From Schizochytrium sp. TIO01 (lineage: Eukaryota > Protista > Bigyra: Labyrinthulomycetes), in NCBI GenBank assembly GCA_004764695.1, contig SMSO01000036.1:2418001-2482000 (forward strand): a stretch of 64,000 nt of DNA, written 5' to 3'. The notes beneath the pieces are model-generated. The model was not told the origin of the DNA. It saw only the letters and a list, made by a program, of their open reading frames with translations, and ran no database searches. This document shows, piece after piece, positions 34,146 to 45,400 of this stretch (positions are counted from its first letter, which is position 1; each line of letters begins with the position of its first letter). The position numbers and the translations under genes were made by a program.

Positions 34146-36839
34146 ATGTTGGCGGCAAACTCTGCTGCCCGGCTTCCTTCTCGGACGTCGAGGTCCTGGG
34201 CGCAGTCCTCCTCGCAACACCTTCATCATGACCATTATGAGAATACTCATCAGGGCCAGCAACATCTCAACAGGGTCGATGCGCACAATAGTAACAACAA
34301 CAATAACAACAGCAGAAATAGGGATGATATTCCATGTCCAATGAACTTTTCTGCGTTCGCGATTCAAGGGCGGGGCGGAAGACGACTTCGATTACAGACC
34401 AAGGCTAGGACGGGCAAAGGCAGCTCGCTGACGTGGGAGTCCCCTCCGCGAGTAAGTTTCCCACAGGAAATTCTCTTAGACTTCCCGCTGGCGCAAGTTC
34501 ATGAAATGCGTATTTTGTGCCATCCTGCAAAAACTCCTTCGAGTGCACTTATCTTTATCGGCAAACCTGGCGAAGATCCCGAGCAGCTTGGACGAGTAGA
34601 ATTTGCTAACGGAGTAGCGAATGGCTACACCACATGTGAGGTTAAATGTATCTCGATCCAGCGCACCTGTAGTTTTGTACATATTGTAATCGAAGGTTGT
34701 TTTGGTAATGCATATAATGTGGACATGCAGGCTCAAATTTCAGGCCTCGTGGTAATTGGTCAAACACTTGCAACCAGCTTTGGTGACGATATCGAGGACT
34801 TTGAGCAGACACAGTATTCTCGATTCGCAGAAACACCACGAACTAGGACATCGCGAGTACAGGATGCTATGGATCGACTACAACGTATTCTTGAGGGACC
34901 CTCTCCACGATTTGATCGACAGCAAAGAGAACAGGCCGAGCACATGAAACAACGTTTGGAGAGCCTGGAGACTGCAAAGGATCGGGCCGTTGCTGCGGAA
35001 GACTTCGCCCGTGCTGCAGAACTGAAAGTTTCCTTGCAAACTTTAGCAGGGCGGGCACTCGTGCAGCTTGATGCAGCTTTGCGCAAACAATCTTCGGATT
35101 TACATCCTGGCAATTCAAGTGCGCGAAGTCTTGAAAGTGCGGCGAGCTTTCGCGCCGCACAGAAGGCAGCTAAGGCTGTGATTTTCGGCCCTCAAGGTGA
35201 TAACCCTTTTTCTCCCCAACCTGAAACAAATGAATTGAACGAGATTAGAAGATCCCCAAAGGTGACCGGGCCATTAGATAGATCATCACACTATGGGGAT
35301 GAAACTTCCCAGGCTCTTGTATCTAGAGGTTCATCAGCCAAGAGAATCCGCCCAAAGGTAAACATGCCTGCCAGTCTTATTCGTGGAGGCTTACGCTTAA
35401 GTGAGCGTCTCTCAGAGCGCAATGGTAACCCTGTACACCGTATTGTTGTAGGCCAAGAATCAAATCAACGCAATGCTTCGGAGGGAAAAGAAGCTGGACT
35501 TGATAGTTTAAGTCTTGTAAAGGTTGGCCCCAATGGAAATGAGGGTAGCATGCGAACACTTGACACAGACCCAGGCACTTTGGAGTCAGTCCTTGATCCT
35601 GATAACGCTAACGAGAAGAATGCCTTCCCAATCGAAAATTGGGATCTTGCGCTATCCTCAGTTACGCATGACAATCAGTCAGATCATGACCCGTCATCGT
35701 GGTCAAGACGCTCCATGTCTGATAGGTCCGAATCATCGGAGTACTCCACGGATGAGTTGCGCGAGGTAGAGTCTGCGCAGCCGATTGAAAATGTTCCTCA
35801 AAGTTCGAGAGACACTTCTCCACTCGACCAACTCGAGCATCAACTGAGGCGGGTAATTGAGGAGTCCATTCGTGTAGATGCTTGGGAAGAGGCTACACGT
35901 GAATATGCAGAGCTTGCAAGGCGCGGTTTGGCCTCGGGTCGGCCAAAGGCTGTGACATTGGGGCTTGACCTGCTTGAGGTCGTAGCTCTGCGCTTTGCCG
36001 AACTTTCTGAAGAGCACGTTCAGGAACACCACAAAGACCTATTTGCTTTATTGATGACTTGCACTGATCTTCTTCGTGATGAAGATACTGATGGATTATT
36101 GCATGCGCGAATCACAAAGTCAATGCAGACGCTTGTGGGCACCACACAGGAATCTGCTACCATTATCTCCACCGTCTTCAAGTCTCAGGTCGTCGATGTT
36201 GTTCTATCAGGAGAGGCTCAAGGGAAAAGTTTTGCGTCAACTTCATTAGCGGGGCAAACGCAAAGTTCAGCGCAAGATTTAGAGACTCTGCAAGGCCAAG
36301 CTTTTATTGCTCATCAGCTAGAGGTGCTTGATATCTTTATGGATGCTGTCAGTAAGGGAAATCCTTATTTAGTAGAGCAACTGATCGATCTTATCAAGAC
36401 AATACCTGTTCACATGGGACCTTCGCAGGCAACAGCACTTCAAAACAGATCGTTCTCTTCATCAATTGAAGAAAAGAACATTGGTCTAAAAGAATATGGT
36501 ATTGAAGCAGAGGAGAAGCACCAAACGGGCCATTTTGAATTATCCCAATCTCTTGACCCTGTGCAGTGTACATTGCGTCACCTCGAGGGTTTGCTTTTAA
36601 GCCGTGATTCTGAAACTCTATCACCTTCCTCCCCACCTTCCTCTTCTCCGCCTTCTCAAGAAAACGACGAGGCTAGCAGCAATCTGGCTGACAAATCTGC
36701 TAGCACTACGAAGTCATTATTTGGGGATAAGTTAGGTGATTCTCAGACAAGTAAATCTGAAGATCCTTCGAACACGTCCTCTGAGGTTCACGGATCTTCA
36801 TCGAGGGCTTCTTCAAGGGCTTCTTCAAGAGCTTCATGA
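34146..36839 (+). CDS. CEP104/FAP256-like protein (N-terminal jelly-roll domain, AV.xEDF coiled coil, helical region)
   Basis: WESPPRVSFPQEILLDF..HEMRILCHPAK..QLGRVEF..NGY..CEVKCISI..NAYNVDMQAQISGLVVIG matches my recollection of the CEP104 N-terminal pattern; LESLETAKDRAVAAEDFARAAELK matches its coiled-coil motif. Confidence 0.65.
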   Translation: MLAANSAARLPSRTSRSWAQSSSQHLHHDHYENTHQGQQHLNRVDAHNSNNNNNNSRNRDDIPCPMNFSAFAIQGRGGRRLRLQTKARTGKGSSLTWESPPRVSFPQEILLDFPLAQVHEMRILCHPAKTPSSALIFIGKPGEDPEQLGRVEFANGVANGYTTCEVKCISIQRTCSFVHIVIEGCFGNAYNVDMQAQISGLVVIGQTLATSFGDDIEDFEQTQYSRFAETPRTRTSRVQDAMDRLQRILEGPSPRFDRQQREQAEHMKQRLESLETAKDRAVAAEDFARAAELKVSLQTLAGRALVQLDAALRKQSSDLHPGNSSARSLESAASFRAAQKAAKAVIFGPQGDNPFSPQPETNELNEIRRSPKVTGPLDRSSHYGDETSQALVSRGSSAKRIRPKVNMPASLIRGGLRLSERLSERNGNPVHRIVVGQESNQRNASEGKEAGLDSLSLVKVGPNGNEGSMRTLDTDPGTLESVLDPDNANEKNAFPIENWDLALSSVTHDNQSDHDPSSWSRRSMSDRSESSEYSTDELREVESAQPIENVPQSSRDTSPLDQLEHQLRRVIEESIRVDAWEEATREYAELARRGLASGRPKAVTLGLDLLEVVALRFAELSEEHVQEHHKDLFALLMTCTDLLRDEDTDGLLHARITKSMQTLVGTTQESATIISTVFKSQVVDVVLSGEAQGKSFASTSLAGQTQSSAQDLETLQGQAFIAHQLEVLDIFMDAVSKGNPYLVEQLIDLIKTIPVHMGPSQATALQNRSFSSSIEEKNIGLKEYGIEAEEKHQTGHFELSQSLDPVQCTLRHLEGLLLSRDSETLSPSSPPSSSPPSQENDEASSNLADKSASTTKSLFGDKLGDSQTSKSEDPSNTSSEVHGSSSRASSRASSRAS

Positions 36840-37544
36840 CAGGTCTCTACAACAAAGTGAAATGTGTCTATTGTGCAACCAAACAATAACGCCCGGACGT
36901 TATATTCTTGAATCAGCCTCACTGTTAAACTTTGATAATTAAAATTTGTCTCCTTTCATTTTATTCTTAGCAACAAGCTTGAAATCAAAATACTTCGAAT
37001 CTACATCAAATTTTTGAAAGTAAAAGGTTGGTCATAAGATAAGAACGAAAACTATTTTATTGTTTGTGTGTAAAGATCACTGTTGCCTGATTGTTTCGTT
37101 GGCTGGTTGCATGGATGTTTAATTATATTATGGGGTAAATGCAGATGCGTGCTTCGTGAAATTGCAGATGCATCATGAAAATGAATAGTAGCCAGATCGC
37201 TTATCTGAACCAAGTCACTCCTGGCTCATGCCCAGTTTGCTCCTCACACACGCACAAATAAGAAGAAAGGGTTCTGTTACGCTTCATCTAGCTCATGTAG
37301 CATTCACCAGAAGATTTTCCAGGACAAGATTGTAGTAATAGCAGTGTAGGGAAATGTGTATGCCACAGGGTTTAATTTCGTTCGAAATTATTCAGGCGCA
37401 CAATCACTTTACACTCTAGCAATCAGCCTTGCAAATGGTACATTTCTTCTTAATCTGCATGTGAAAGGTCTGCTCTTGAGCAAATAAGGATGTTTTGTAA
37501 TTTTTGGTGTTGCACACGTCTCGTCGGTGAGAACGAGAGCAAGA

Positions 37545-37880
37545 TTACTCCTTCCACTGTTGCTTACACCGCGTACATTTGAGGAAAATAGTCATGGGCT
37601 CATCTGCCGAGCGAGTCTGGATCTGCATGTAGTATGCAGAGTTGTTGCCACACGCCTCGCAGCGGGCCTCTGTTTGCGGTGCGTTCGCCCAGGCGTCTTC
37701 GCCACCGAGGACGTCGCTCTGCTCCTTAACGCGAACCAGTTCTCGCACACGAACCGGGGCACCACGAGCGATCTCATTGACGTAGGGGCAGGCTACGCAG
37801 CGGAAGCGGTAGGTATTTTCGGCGCTGCGGTTGTCAACGATAAGGAGAAGACCATCCCATGGGCAGTAGCGCATACTCAT
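37545..37880 (-). CDS. RPC11: DNA-directed RNA polymerase III subunit RPC10/C11
   Basis: 111 aa; DVLGGEDAWAN, C-terminal TFIIS-type ribbon CEAC..YYMQIQTRSADEPMTIFLKCTRC..WKE. Confidence 0.95.
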   Translation of the reverse strand: MSMRYCPWDGLLLIVDNRSAENTYRFRCVACPYVNEIARGAPVRVRELVRVKEQSDVLGGEDAWANAPQTEARCEACGNNSAYYMQIQTRSADEPMTIFLKCTRCKQQWKE

Positions 37881-38484
37881 GGTGGCAAAAAATCAAGTAG
37901 AACAACCTCAGACCACGACAACGCTACTTCCAAAGCGAAACACCGAAGCTAGCCGCTTTGATTACCTCTGCCCTGGTACAAGCCACCCGAGGCCGAGGCC
38001 GTCAATTTTGATTTAGCATAGAAAACAAATTGAATTCTTTGGTTGGCATTCATTGTCATTCATTTATTATTACTCACTCACTTATCCATACAGAGGCCTA
38101 TGTTTATTCATTCAATTATTCAAGTATTCATTAACAAAACATGGCAAAGAAATGGCTCAGATCGTCCATGGAATTAACAATGTCAACATTTGCGCATTCG
38201 TCGTCCGTATTTTAAGCAAATATGCTCTCTTCGTTGGCGTCTAGAGAGATGACCTCTTTGGCTTCAAATTTGATGCTTAGTGTAAATGATTTGGTAGATT
38301 GACGGCACATTTATTCACGTAAAAAAGAATAGCAAAAGTGATTTATAATATTCAACGAAAGCAAGCAGATTTGACGAAGACCACATAGGAAGTGCAATTG
38401 CGAGGCAAACCCGAATCAACGTTAGGGTTTCTGCTGGAGGTCCTCTGGAGGACTTCAGATTGACAACGTGTAGAGCACTCTGAC

Positions 38485-39600
38485 ATGCGAAAGGCGGTAA
38501 CAACGGGTGGTGCAGGACTAGCAATGGCGTTCTGCGAAGGAGGGAGTAGAGCCACAGTGGTCTGCTCAGAACTCCGTGACCAAGTCATAAAAGAACGAGG
38601 AACGACACAGTGGGGAGTCCGCAAGGCATCTGGGCAGACATTTCAGGCAAACTTAACAACGTCTGCAGCAAAAATGGATGTTGAAGACATTGATACTCCA
38701 TTTGACAAGCTTCCAAGAGGCGGAATGTACAATGGTGAACTCTTTGATGTAGACTGCAACCTTACCCACGACATGCTGAAAAGCCTCGGCGTGGAGCAAA
38801 TTCTCCAAGTTGCACGGGACTCAGGTGTGGAAGCGGTTTTGGTTCCTGGTTCGAGTGTGTCATCTAGTCGTGAAGCTCTCGAGTTAGCCAAATCTAGAAT
38901 TGGTGAAGTCAATACAAGAATCTTTGCCACAGCGGGCATTCATCCATACGAAGTCGAACGGGAGTCTCAGACTCACGAAAGTCTGAAGTCGGCTATGCGA
39001 GAGCTTAAAGCAATGGCGTCAGATGCCGCTGCTATTGGAGAGTGCGGTCTTGATTTTTCTGAAGGCTTTCCAGAGCGAGAAATCCAAATGCAATGGTTCG
39101 AGCCACAGGTGGCACTTGCCTGCGAGATCGGAAAGCCTTTGTTTCTTCATGAGCGTCTTGCTCATGATGATTTTATCGCTGTGCTGAGTAAATTTAAGCA
39201 TATCCTCCCACCTGTCATTGTGCATTGTTTCACAGGAAATGCGGAGGAACTCCAAACGTATCTTGACATGGGTTTCTCTGTTAGCGTGTCAGGTCTCATT
39301 TGCAGAGAGCAATCCGGCCAGGAGCTTCGAGATGCCTTTGCAAAGGTGCGCCCTTCACTTGACAAGATTATGATTGAAACAGATGCACCTTACTTGGGTT
39401 TCCCAGGTTGCCAAACCGCAATGATTCCCAAGGATGCCTCAGCCAAGATTCGCAAAAAGATGCTAAAAGCAGTTTCTCCAAATGTGCCCAGCGCCTTACC
39501 TTCTGTTCTTGAGACCCTTGCGGTAGTTTTGCAAACTGAGAAAACTGCTTTGTCTCAAGCCACGTATGAAAATGCGTGTTCCTTCTTTAACGGGCGTTAG
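38485..39600 (+). CDS. tatD: TatD-family deoxyribonuclease
   Basis: DVDCNLT, ATAGIHP, AIGECGLDF, KPLFLHER.AH.DF, VIVHCFTG, IMIETDAPYL motifs. Start could be 38485 or a downstream ATG (38674). Confidence 0.93.
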   Translation: MRKAVTTGGAGLAMAFCEGGSRATVVCSELRDQVIKERGTTQWGVRKASGQTFQANLTTSAAKMDVEDIDTPFDKLPRGGMYNGELFDVDCNLTHDMLKSLGVEQILQVARDSGVEAVLVPGSSVSSSREALELAKSRIGEVNTRIFATAGIHPYEVERESQTHESLKSAMRELKAMASDAAAIGECGLDFSEGFPEREIQMQWFEPQVALACEIGKPLFLHERLAHDDFIAVLSKFKHILPPVIVHCFTGNAEELQTYLDMGFSVSVSGLICREQSGQELRDAFAKVRPSLDKIMIETDAPYLGFPGCQTAMIPKDASAKIRKKMLKAVSPNVPSALPSVLETLAVVLQTEKTALSQATYENACSFFNGR

Positions 39601-40006
39601 GCTCGGCAAATGTGTAAAGAAATTTGAACTGTGTTGGTTTTAAATCCTGATACCAGCCTATTTATATTCTAGGATCGTACGTCAATAATGATGTGAGCTA
39701 TGCAACCTTTGATTGTACCATATTTGGAAAAAGTGAGACATAATTGTACATCTAAAAGTATTTATCCCTGCGCTTGTATTGTTGTGTATATGCCCAATTC
39801 TTAGTTTCCACAAGACCTACTATTCCTATGGGTCGATACTAAAATTTGAATTAGGTTTATTCTTGCGAGAAAAGAAGGAACCCCGCGCTTCTCTTGCAGG
39901 GTCTTTGAAAATGTGTATAGGTCTTTCTTATAAGAAGATGCAGACTTTTAGGTTGCACAATTTGTGTATAAACAGGCGTAAATCAAGTAATAGGTTTCTC
40001 CTACGG

Positions 40007-41887
40007 TTACGATGTGAAGGAACTCAGAATCAGCCCGGCGCTCTTCGTTAAAGCCTGTTTAGCCTCCTCACGAAGATTGGAAGCGGCCTCTTTTACTGCC
40101 GTGGTCGTGCTATTTGAGAGAAGTTGGGCGATTGCTGCTGTTACCTTCTCAATAAACACTTCCTCACCTTCATGTGCCAAAATCTCCCTTGAAACATGCC
40201 GCGCAACGCCTTGTGCCTCAAGGCGATCTGCCCAGAGAGGCTGGTCAGTCCATAACATAATAGGCACAACTAGAGCAGGACAACCGCTTTCGACAACGCG
40301 GGCGCTCGTCCCAGCACCGCCGTGGTGAACAACTATGTGACACTTTGGAAAAAGAAGCTCGTGGGGGATCTCTCGAAGAATTAAGGCATTTAAACTCGGC
40401 ATCTCTTGGGTATCTTCTGGTACATCGGGGTCCACCACAACCAGTCCAAAATCCTCACTGGCGAAACTTTTCAAGATTGCATCAAGAATTCCGAGCTCCC
40501 GTGCAGCTTTCGTCATTGACCCAAAGTTAATGCAACCAACATAACGATGCTTCTTTGTTACAAAAACATCAAATACTTCCACAGTTTTGGTGTCAGCCAA
40601 CGACGACAGTGAATCTTGAGACACCAATGATCTTGATGAGCACGCGGCAGGGGCTTTCTCATCACCGTCGAGAAACCATGATCCGGTAATAGTGCAATTT
40701 AAGGGCCAATCGGCAGGCTTTGGAACTAATGTAGGCGAGAATGCGCAAATCTTGGGGATGCTACGAACCTGTCTGATACGCTTGCCACCTCCAAGAGGTT
40801 TGAGTCCAAGTGTCTGCGTGCGAAAATCTTGTTCAGGGTTACCACGCCCGCGCAAACCACGACGAGCAGCAAGCCCAAGGCGCCCCCAGTGCCAATACCA
40901 ACGCACAATATTCAAGAGACCAATTGTGGAGGTGGGTGTGTTTGGAGGTGAAAATGCTCGTGTTGGTTGCTCAGGCGCTAATGCTACAACCCAACATGGG
41001 ACGCCATAGTATTCTGCCAGTGTGAGACCGAAACCGCTAGTCACTCCCATAGCAATGATCATGTCACAATTTTTACAGGCATTCATAAAGCCTTTGGCTA
41101 CTGTGGGGTATTGATCAAGAATACGTCCCTGTGCAACGTCGGCAAGTTCAGAAATGTGTTTGGCAGTGCGCCAAATAGGCCGGTGAAGCTCCAAGTCAAC
41201 CATCCCACAGTCTGCTGCCTGCAACCCATGCCGTTCAACGAGATCGCGAAACTTTGCCATAGTTGCAATTACAACATCCGCTCTGCCAGTTGATTCTAGA
41301 GCTCTACCCAGTGCGATAAATGGCTGTACGTCGCCACGGCTGCCCATGGTCATAATTACTACTCGGCCCTTTTCGCCCTTGGGGACATTTCTAGTCAAAG
41401 GAGGAAGGTCAGCACAAGGAGGTATTTCAAACATCTTGCTGGTCGAGCCTTCGCCAAACATAATCATAGCCATAAGCAATGCCATCTCTACTGCCCAGAC
41501 CCACCAACCTGCCTGCATAGCCCATGCAAGATAGAAGCTATTTACACGAAGTGATATCCCACATGCCTTGCGGCCCGTGGCCAAACTCACAACTTGGAGA
41601 ATCCCAGCAAAAATTGTTTCAGCCTTGACAATCCAAACTGATAAATCTTGGACACTTACTGACCCCGCTAAGTCTTCATGAAGTTCCAGATTCTTGTCAT
41701 TATTTCTGCTGTACAAGGTTGCAAGACCCAAGAGTGTCAGAGCCTCCAGGCCGACCGCCGCCGATTCCGCAGTGCCGAGGAGCTCTGGCCAGAACTTGAA
41801 CCCCCGACGGAGCCCAGTAGCCTCCAAAAGGCGTAGCACCACTGGTACGCCTAGGATAGCGCCCAGTGCCGCTAAGTATGAGTTCAT
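40007..41887 (-). CDS. UDP-glycosyltransferase family 1, sterol 3-beta-glucosyltransferase-like, with hydrophobic N-terminal extension
   Basis: TMGSRGDVQPFIALG..L, FSPTLVPKPADWP...ITGSWFL, NFGSM, IPHELLFPKC..VVHHGGAGTS..G.P..VVP...DQPLW. First ATG at 41887 (the track start is TTG). Confidence 0.92.
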   Translation of the reverse strand: MNSYLAALGAILGVPVVLRLLEATGLRRGFKFWPELLGTAESAAVGLEALTLLGLATLYSRNNDKNLELHEDLAGSVSVQDLSVWIVKAETIFAGILQVVSLATGRKACGISLRVNSFYLAWAMQAGWWVWAVEMALLMAMIMFGEGSTSKMFEIPPCADLPPLTRNVPKGEKGRVVIMTMGSRGDVQPFIALGRALESTGRADVVIATMAKFRDLVERHGLQAADCGMVDLELHRPIWRTAKHISELADVAQGRILDQYPTVAKGFMNACKNCDMIIAMGVTSGFGLTLAEYYGVPCWVVALAPEQPTRAFSPPNTPTSTIGLLNIVRWYWHWGRLGLAARRGLRGRGNPEQDFRTQTLGLKPLGGGKRIRQVRSIPKICAFSPTLVPKPADWPLNCTITGSWFLDGDEKAPAACSSRSLVSQDSLSSLADTKTVEVFDVFVTKKHRYVGCINFGSMTKAARELGILDAILKSFASEDFGLVVVDPDVPEDTQEMPSLNALILREIPHELLFPKCHIVVHHGGAGTSARVVESGCPALVVPIMLWTDQPLWADRLEAQGVARHVSREILAHEGEEVFIEKVTAAIAQLLSNSTTTAVKEAASNLREEAKQALTKSAGLILSSFTS

Positions 41888-42477
41888 GACGCCAACCTGT
41901 TCGTTCAACTTTTGCTATTGCATGACGATGATTTTGCATGTGCTTCTTCTGTTTCTAAAAGAAATACTAAGGGGTTCCCAGTCCAGTGATTCCCGGATCG
42001 TTCCGTGGGGGAGTGAGGTTGTTCACAATCTTTGGCGGAGTTCTGTTCACCTGACCATGGCGTAGAGAATAGATGGCAATGATGAAGGGAGAAGACACGA
42101 AGAAGAATATTCATTCAAGCTATTGTTATTAGTAGATAGAACACATGGGCAGTCGCGGGCGAGGTGGTCAAGAGGATACCTCGAGAATACATCGCACACA
42201 CCATTCGGAGACAGCCAACAAAAAACCATATCAATTGCGGCATAATTATAATTGCTTGAAAAAAAGTAGAAGCATGTCTTCAGTGCAAAATAGGAGAACG
42301 GGCTGAATATGTCACCACCAGGGGAAACGCTTCCTCCAAAAAGTAGGACAATGGCCTACACCGTAAGATGTCTTGTTGCGGAAGACAGATTTGGCTTTGT
42401 TCATAGGGCCAAACGTTACGTTGCACATGCATGCATGGTGAAATAAAAGGGAGACGATTAAACCACGAATGAAGGGT

Positions 42478-45400
42478 TTACTGAGATCCACCATCTGACA
42501 CAATGTTTGCACGTGCTTTAGCAGAAGAGTGAACATTATCCTCTTTATCGTCTGCAGGCGAGCAGGACTTCCTTTCCTTATCCTCCTCGTATAGGTTGTT
42601 GATCGTTGGCTTCATAAGCGCAGGTGGGAGGGGTTTCGTCTTTTGGGTATCTGATTCTTCCGAAGGGGATGCTGCTTGTCCAGGTTGCGAGGACGATGCG
42701 GACGATGATACTGAAGATACGTCATTACGCTCAGCCTCATCTGAATTTTCTTCTTCGGCACTCATCATAATTTGCTTAGCAGCAGCAACAAGTTTCTGCT
42801 GCGCTTCTGAGGGAGTGCTATTATCACCTTCTCCATCAAAATTGATCGTCGCACGGGTAACGTAGTTGGCAAAGATACCGTCCTTGCGTTTTACAAGCTC
42901 CGATGCGCGACCCTGTTCAACAACGCGACCCTTGTCGAGAACGATGAGGCGATCCACATGCCGAAAATTAGAAATTCGATGAGCAACAGAGAGGATTGAA
43001 AGTCGTCGGCCAGACTGCTCGTAAAGCGCCTGGATAGCCTCTTGAACCTGGTATTGAGATTCCTCGTCCAATGCAGAGGTAGCTTCATCTAGAATTAGGA
43101 TGCGTGGTTTAGCAAGGATAGCACGAGCGATACAAAGGCGCTGACGCTCACCGCCACTGAGATCTGCTCCATTGCGGCCAATATCAGTGTGCCATTGTTG
43201 GGGAAATCGTTTCGTGTCAAAGAAGAGGTCTTCACAACGCGCCATGCGCAAGGCAGCCCTCATTTCCTCGTCGCGCTTGTGCTTGTCCTTAATGGGAACA
43301 TCAAAAAGACCATACGCAAGGTTCTCCTTAACCGTGCGAAACGGGAGATAAATGTCCTGCGATACGATTGCAATATGCCGCCGCAACCAGAGGGGGTTCC
43401 ATTCCTTAATACAACGTCCACCCACCTTGACACTTCCTGCATCAGGGTCGTAAAGGCGCATCACTAGTGAAATTAGGGTAGATTTGCCGCACCCAGATTC
43501 ACCCAGAATTCCAACCTGTTCGCCCTCTTCAATCTCAAATGACACATTGGTGAGTGCCTTCACTTGCGGTCGTTTGGGGTAGGCAAATGTGACATTCTCG
43601 AATGCAACGGACCAATTCACAGAATCCTCATCGGATGGCATTTCCGAGATAGGAGGGGAGTCAATGCCAATGCCTGGCTGGTGATTAAGGAGATCATACA
43701 TTTTCTCAGCAGAGTCCACAATGCCATTGTTAGAAAACAAGCTACGGAACTGGTAAAACACAGCGCGACCGCGCTCAAACGCGTACGAGGCCGTGGACGT
43801 GAAAGAGGCCAAGTCAGACACGTCAAGCTCACCCCGAGAGGCAAGCGTGCCACCGTACCAGAGAGCAGCAATTTCGACGGAGTTATCCACAAGAGAACGC
43901 AAAATTTCAAAGATATTGTAGAGAAGCGTGACACGATCATTGGAGCGGTCCTTGACCTTGAGGCCTTGAGAAAACATAGCAGTTTCTAAAGGCTCGCGTC
44001 CAAAGCAACGCAGAGTGCGCAAACCAGTTGGGTTGACGAGGATAGTCCACACGTCGCTAAAGTTAGTCACCTGGGCGGTGAGCATGCTTGATTCAATTTG
44101 ATATTGAACCTTATAAAGAAGCTCAGACACAAGAACGCGCAAGGGTAACATGACAGCCATAAATGTACTAAGTTTGTGGTTTTTATGCCACAACATCAAA
44201 GCACTTGCACTCATGCTTGAAACATTTTGAATTGTGTCGATCGGAAGATCAAAAAGAGAAAGGCATGTGTAGTCTGTGTTTCCAATAACCTGCCGTGCCT
44301 CATAGAGGTCGTGGGTCTCAAAATATTTGACATCTTGAGTAATGAGGCTTCGAAACAAGTCTGTTTTGAGTTTCAGCACAAATTGGCGGCGGCCCATGGA
44401 CTTTGTCTTGGTGCTGACAAAGTCACTGATTAGACCGAGGATCTCCAACATGAACAAAGTTTGAATGGTTTCGCGAATCCGCATGGCTCCCGCTGCACCC
44501 GCGGCTGCTGCAGTTGTGCGCTCATAAGCAAGTGTCATGACCTGGCTCATATAGTGCGCGCGTAAGGCATAAATTGAACCGTGCACGATCGATAAGATAC
44601 CTGAAACAACCATATATGGAAGCTGGGTCTTTGCACGTTCCAATAATACTAAAGTCTTGATAATCTGGTTAGTGCGTCGCAAACGAATGACGTGTTTAGC
44701 CTTTTGTACAGCCTCACGCATAGCCTCACGATACGGACCCTTGTCGAGGCGAAAAGTATCAGCATGTTCAAAGATTTCTTCCTCAAATTCAAGCTGCTCG
44801 ATGAGCTTGCTTGCTGTCGAGGATGTGAGTGTAGAAGCCGACTTTTCTGGGTCTACGAGATCATCAAGCTCCCCAAGGTGCAGGATGTTATGACAAACAG
44901 CGCGTGAGGCACCCAACAAACCTTGGTGCACCAATGGATCGCTACGGTCGAACTGGGCAACGTCTTCTGTTGCATCAATAATGACAGCGACATCTACGAC
45001 ATTTTCATCTTCGTGCTCTGCGGCTTCGGAATCTTCTCCATCATCCTCAACGCTAGCACTGTCTCCACTGTCCTGGTCATCGCTAATAGCATCACTTGGT
45101 TCCACAGCATCACTATTTTCTTCTTTGTAATCAACGTTCTCAGGTTTAGAACTGCGATGTAAACTCGTAACCCCGTTATTGACGTGGCTATCTTCATAAA
45201 GTTTAGGATCTTCTCCTACTGCCGCTGCTGCTGCAGCCATGATAGGGGGTAATGAGCTATCGGCTTCTGATGACCCCGCTTCCACCATCGCAGCTGTCGA
45301 CGCTGCTGACGTTGATTCTGATGTCGAAGAGGCAAGATTACTCGGTTGTCTTGAAGTTTCACTGCCAGCATCCGACCTGGTGGTAATTGATCCCCGAGAC

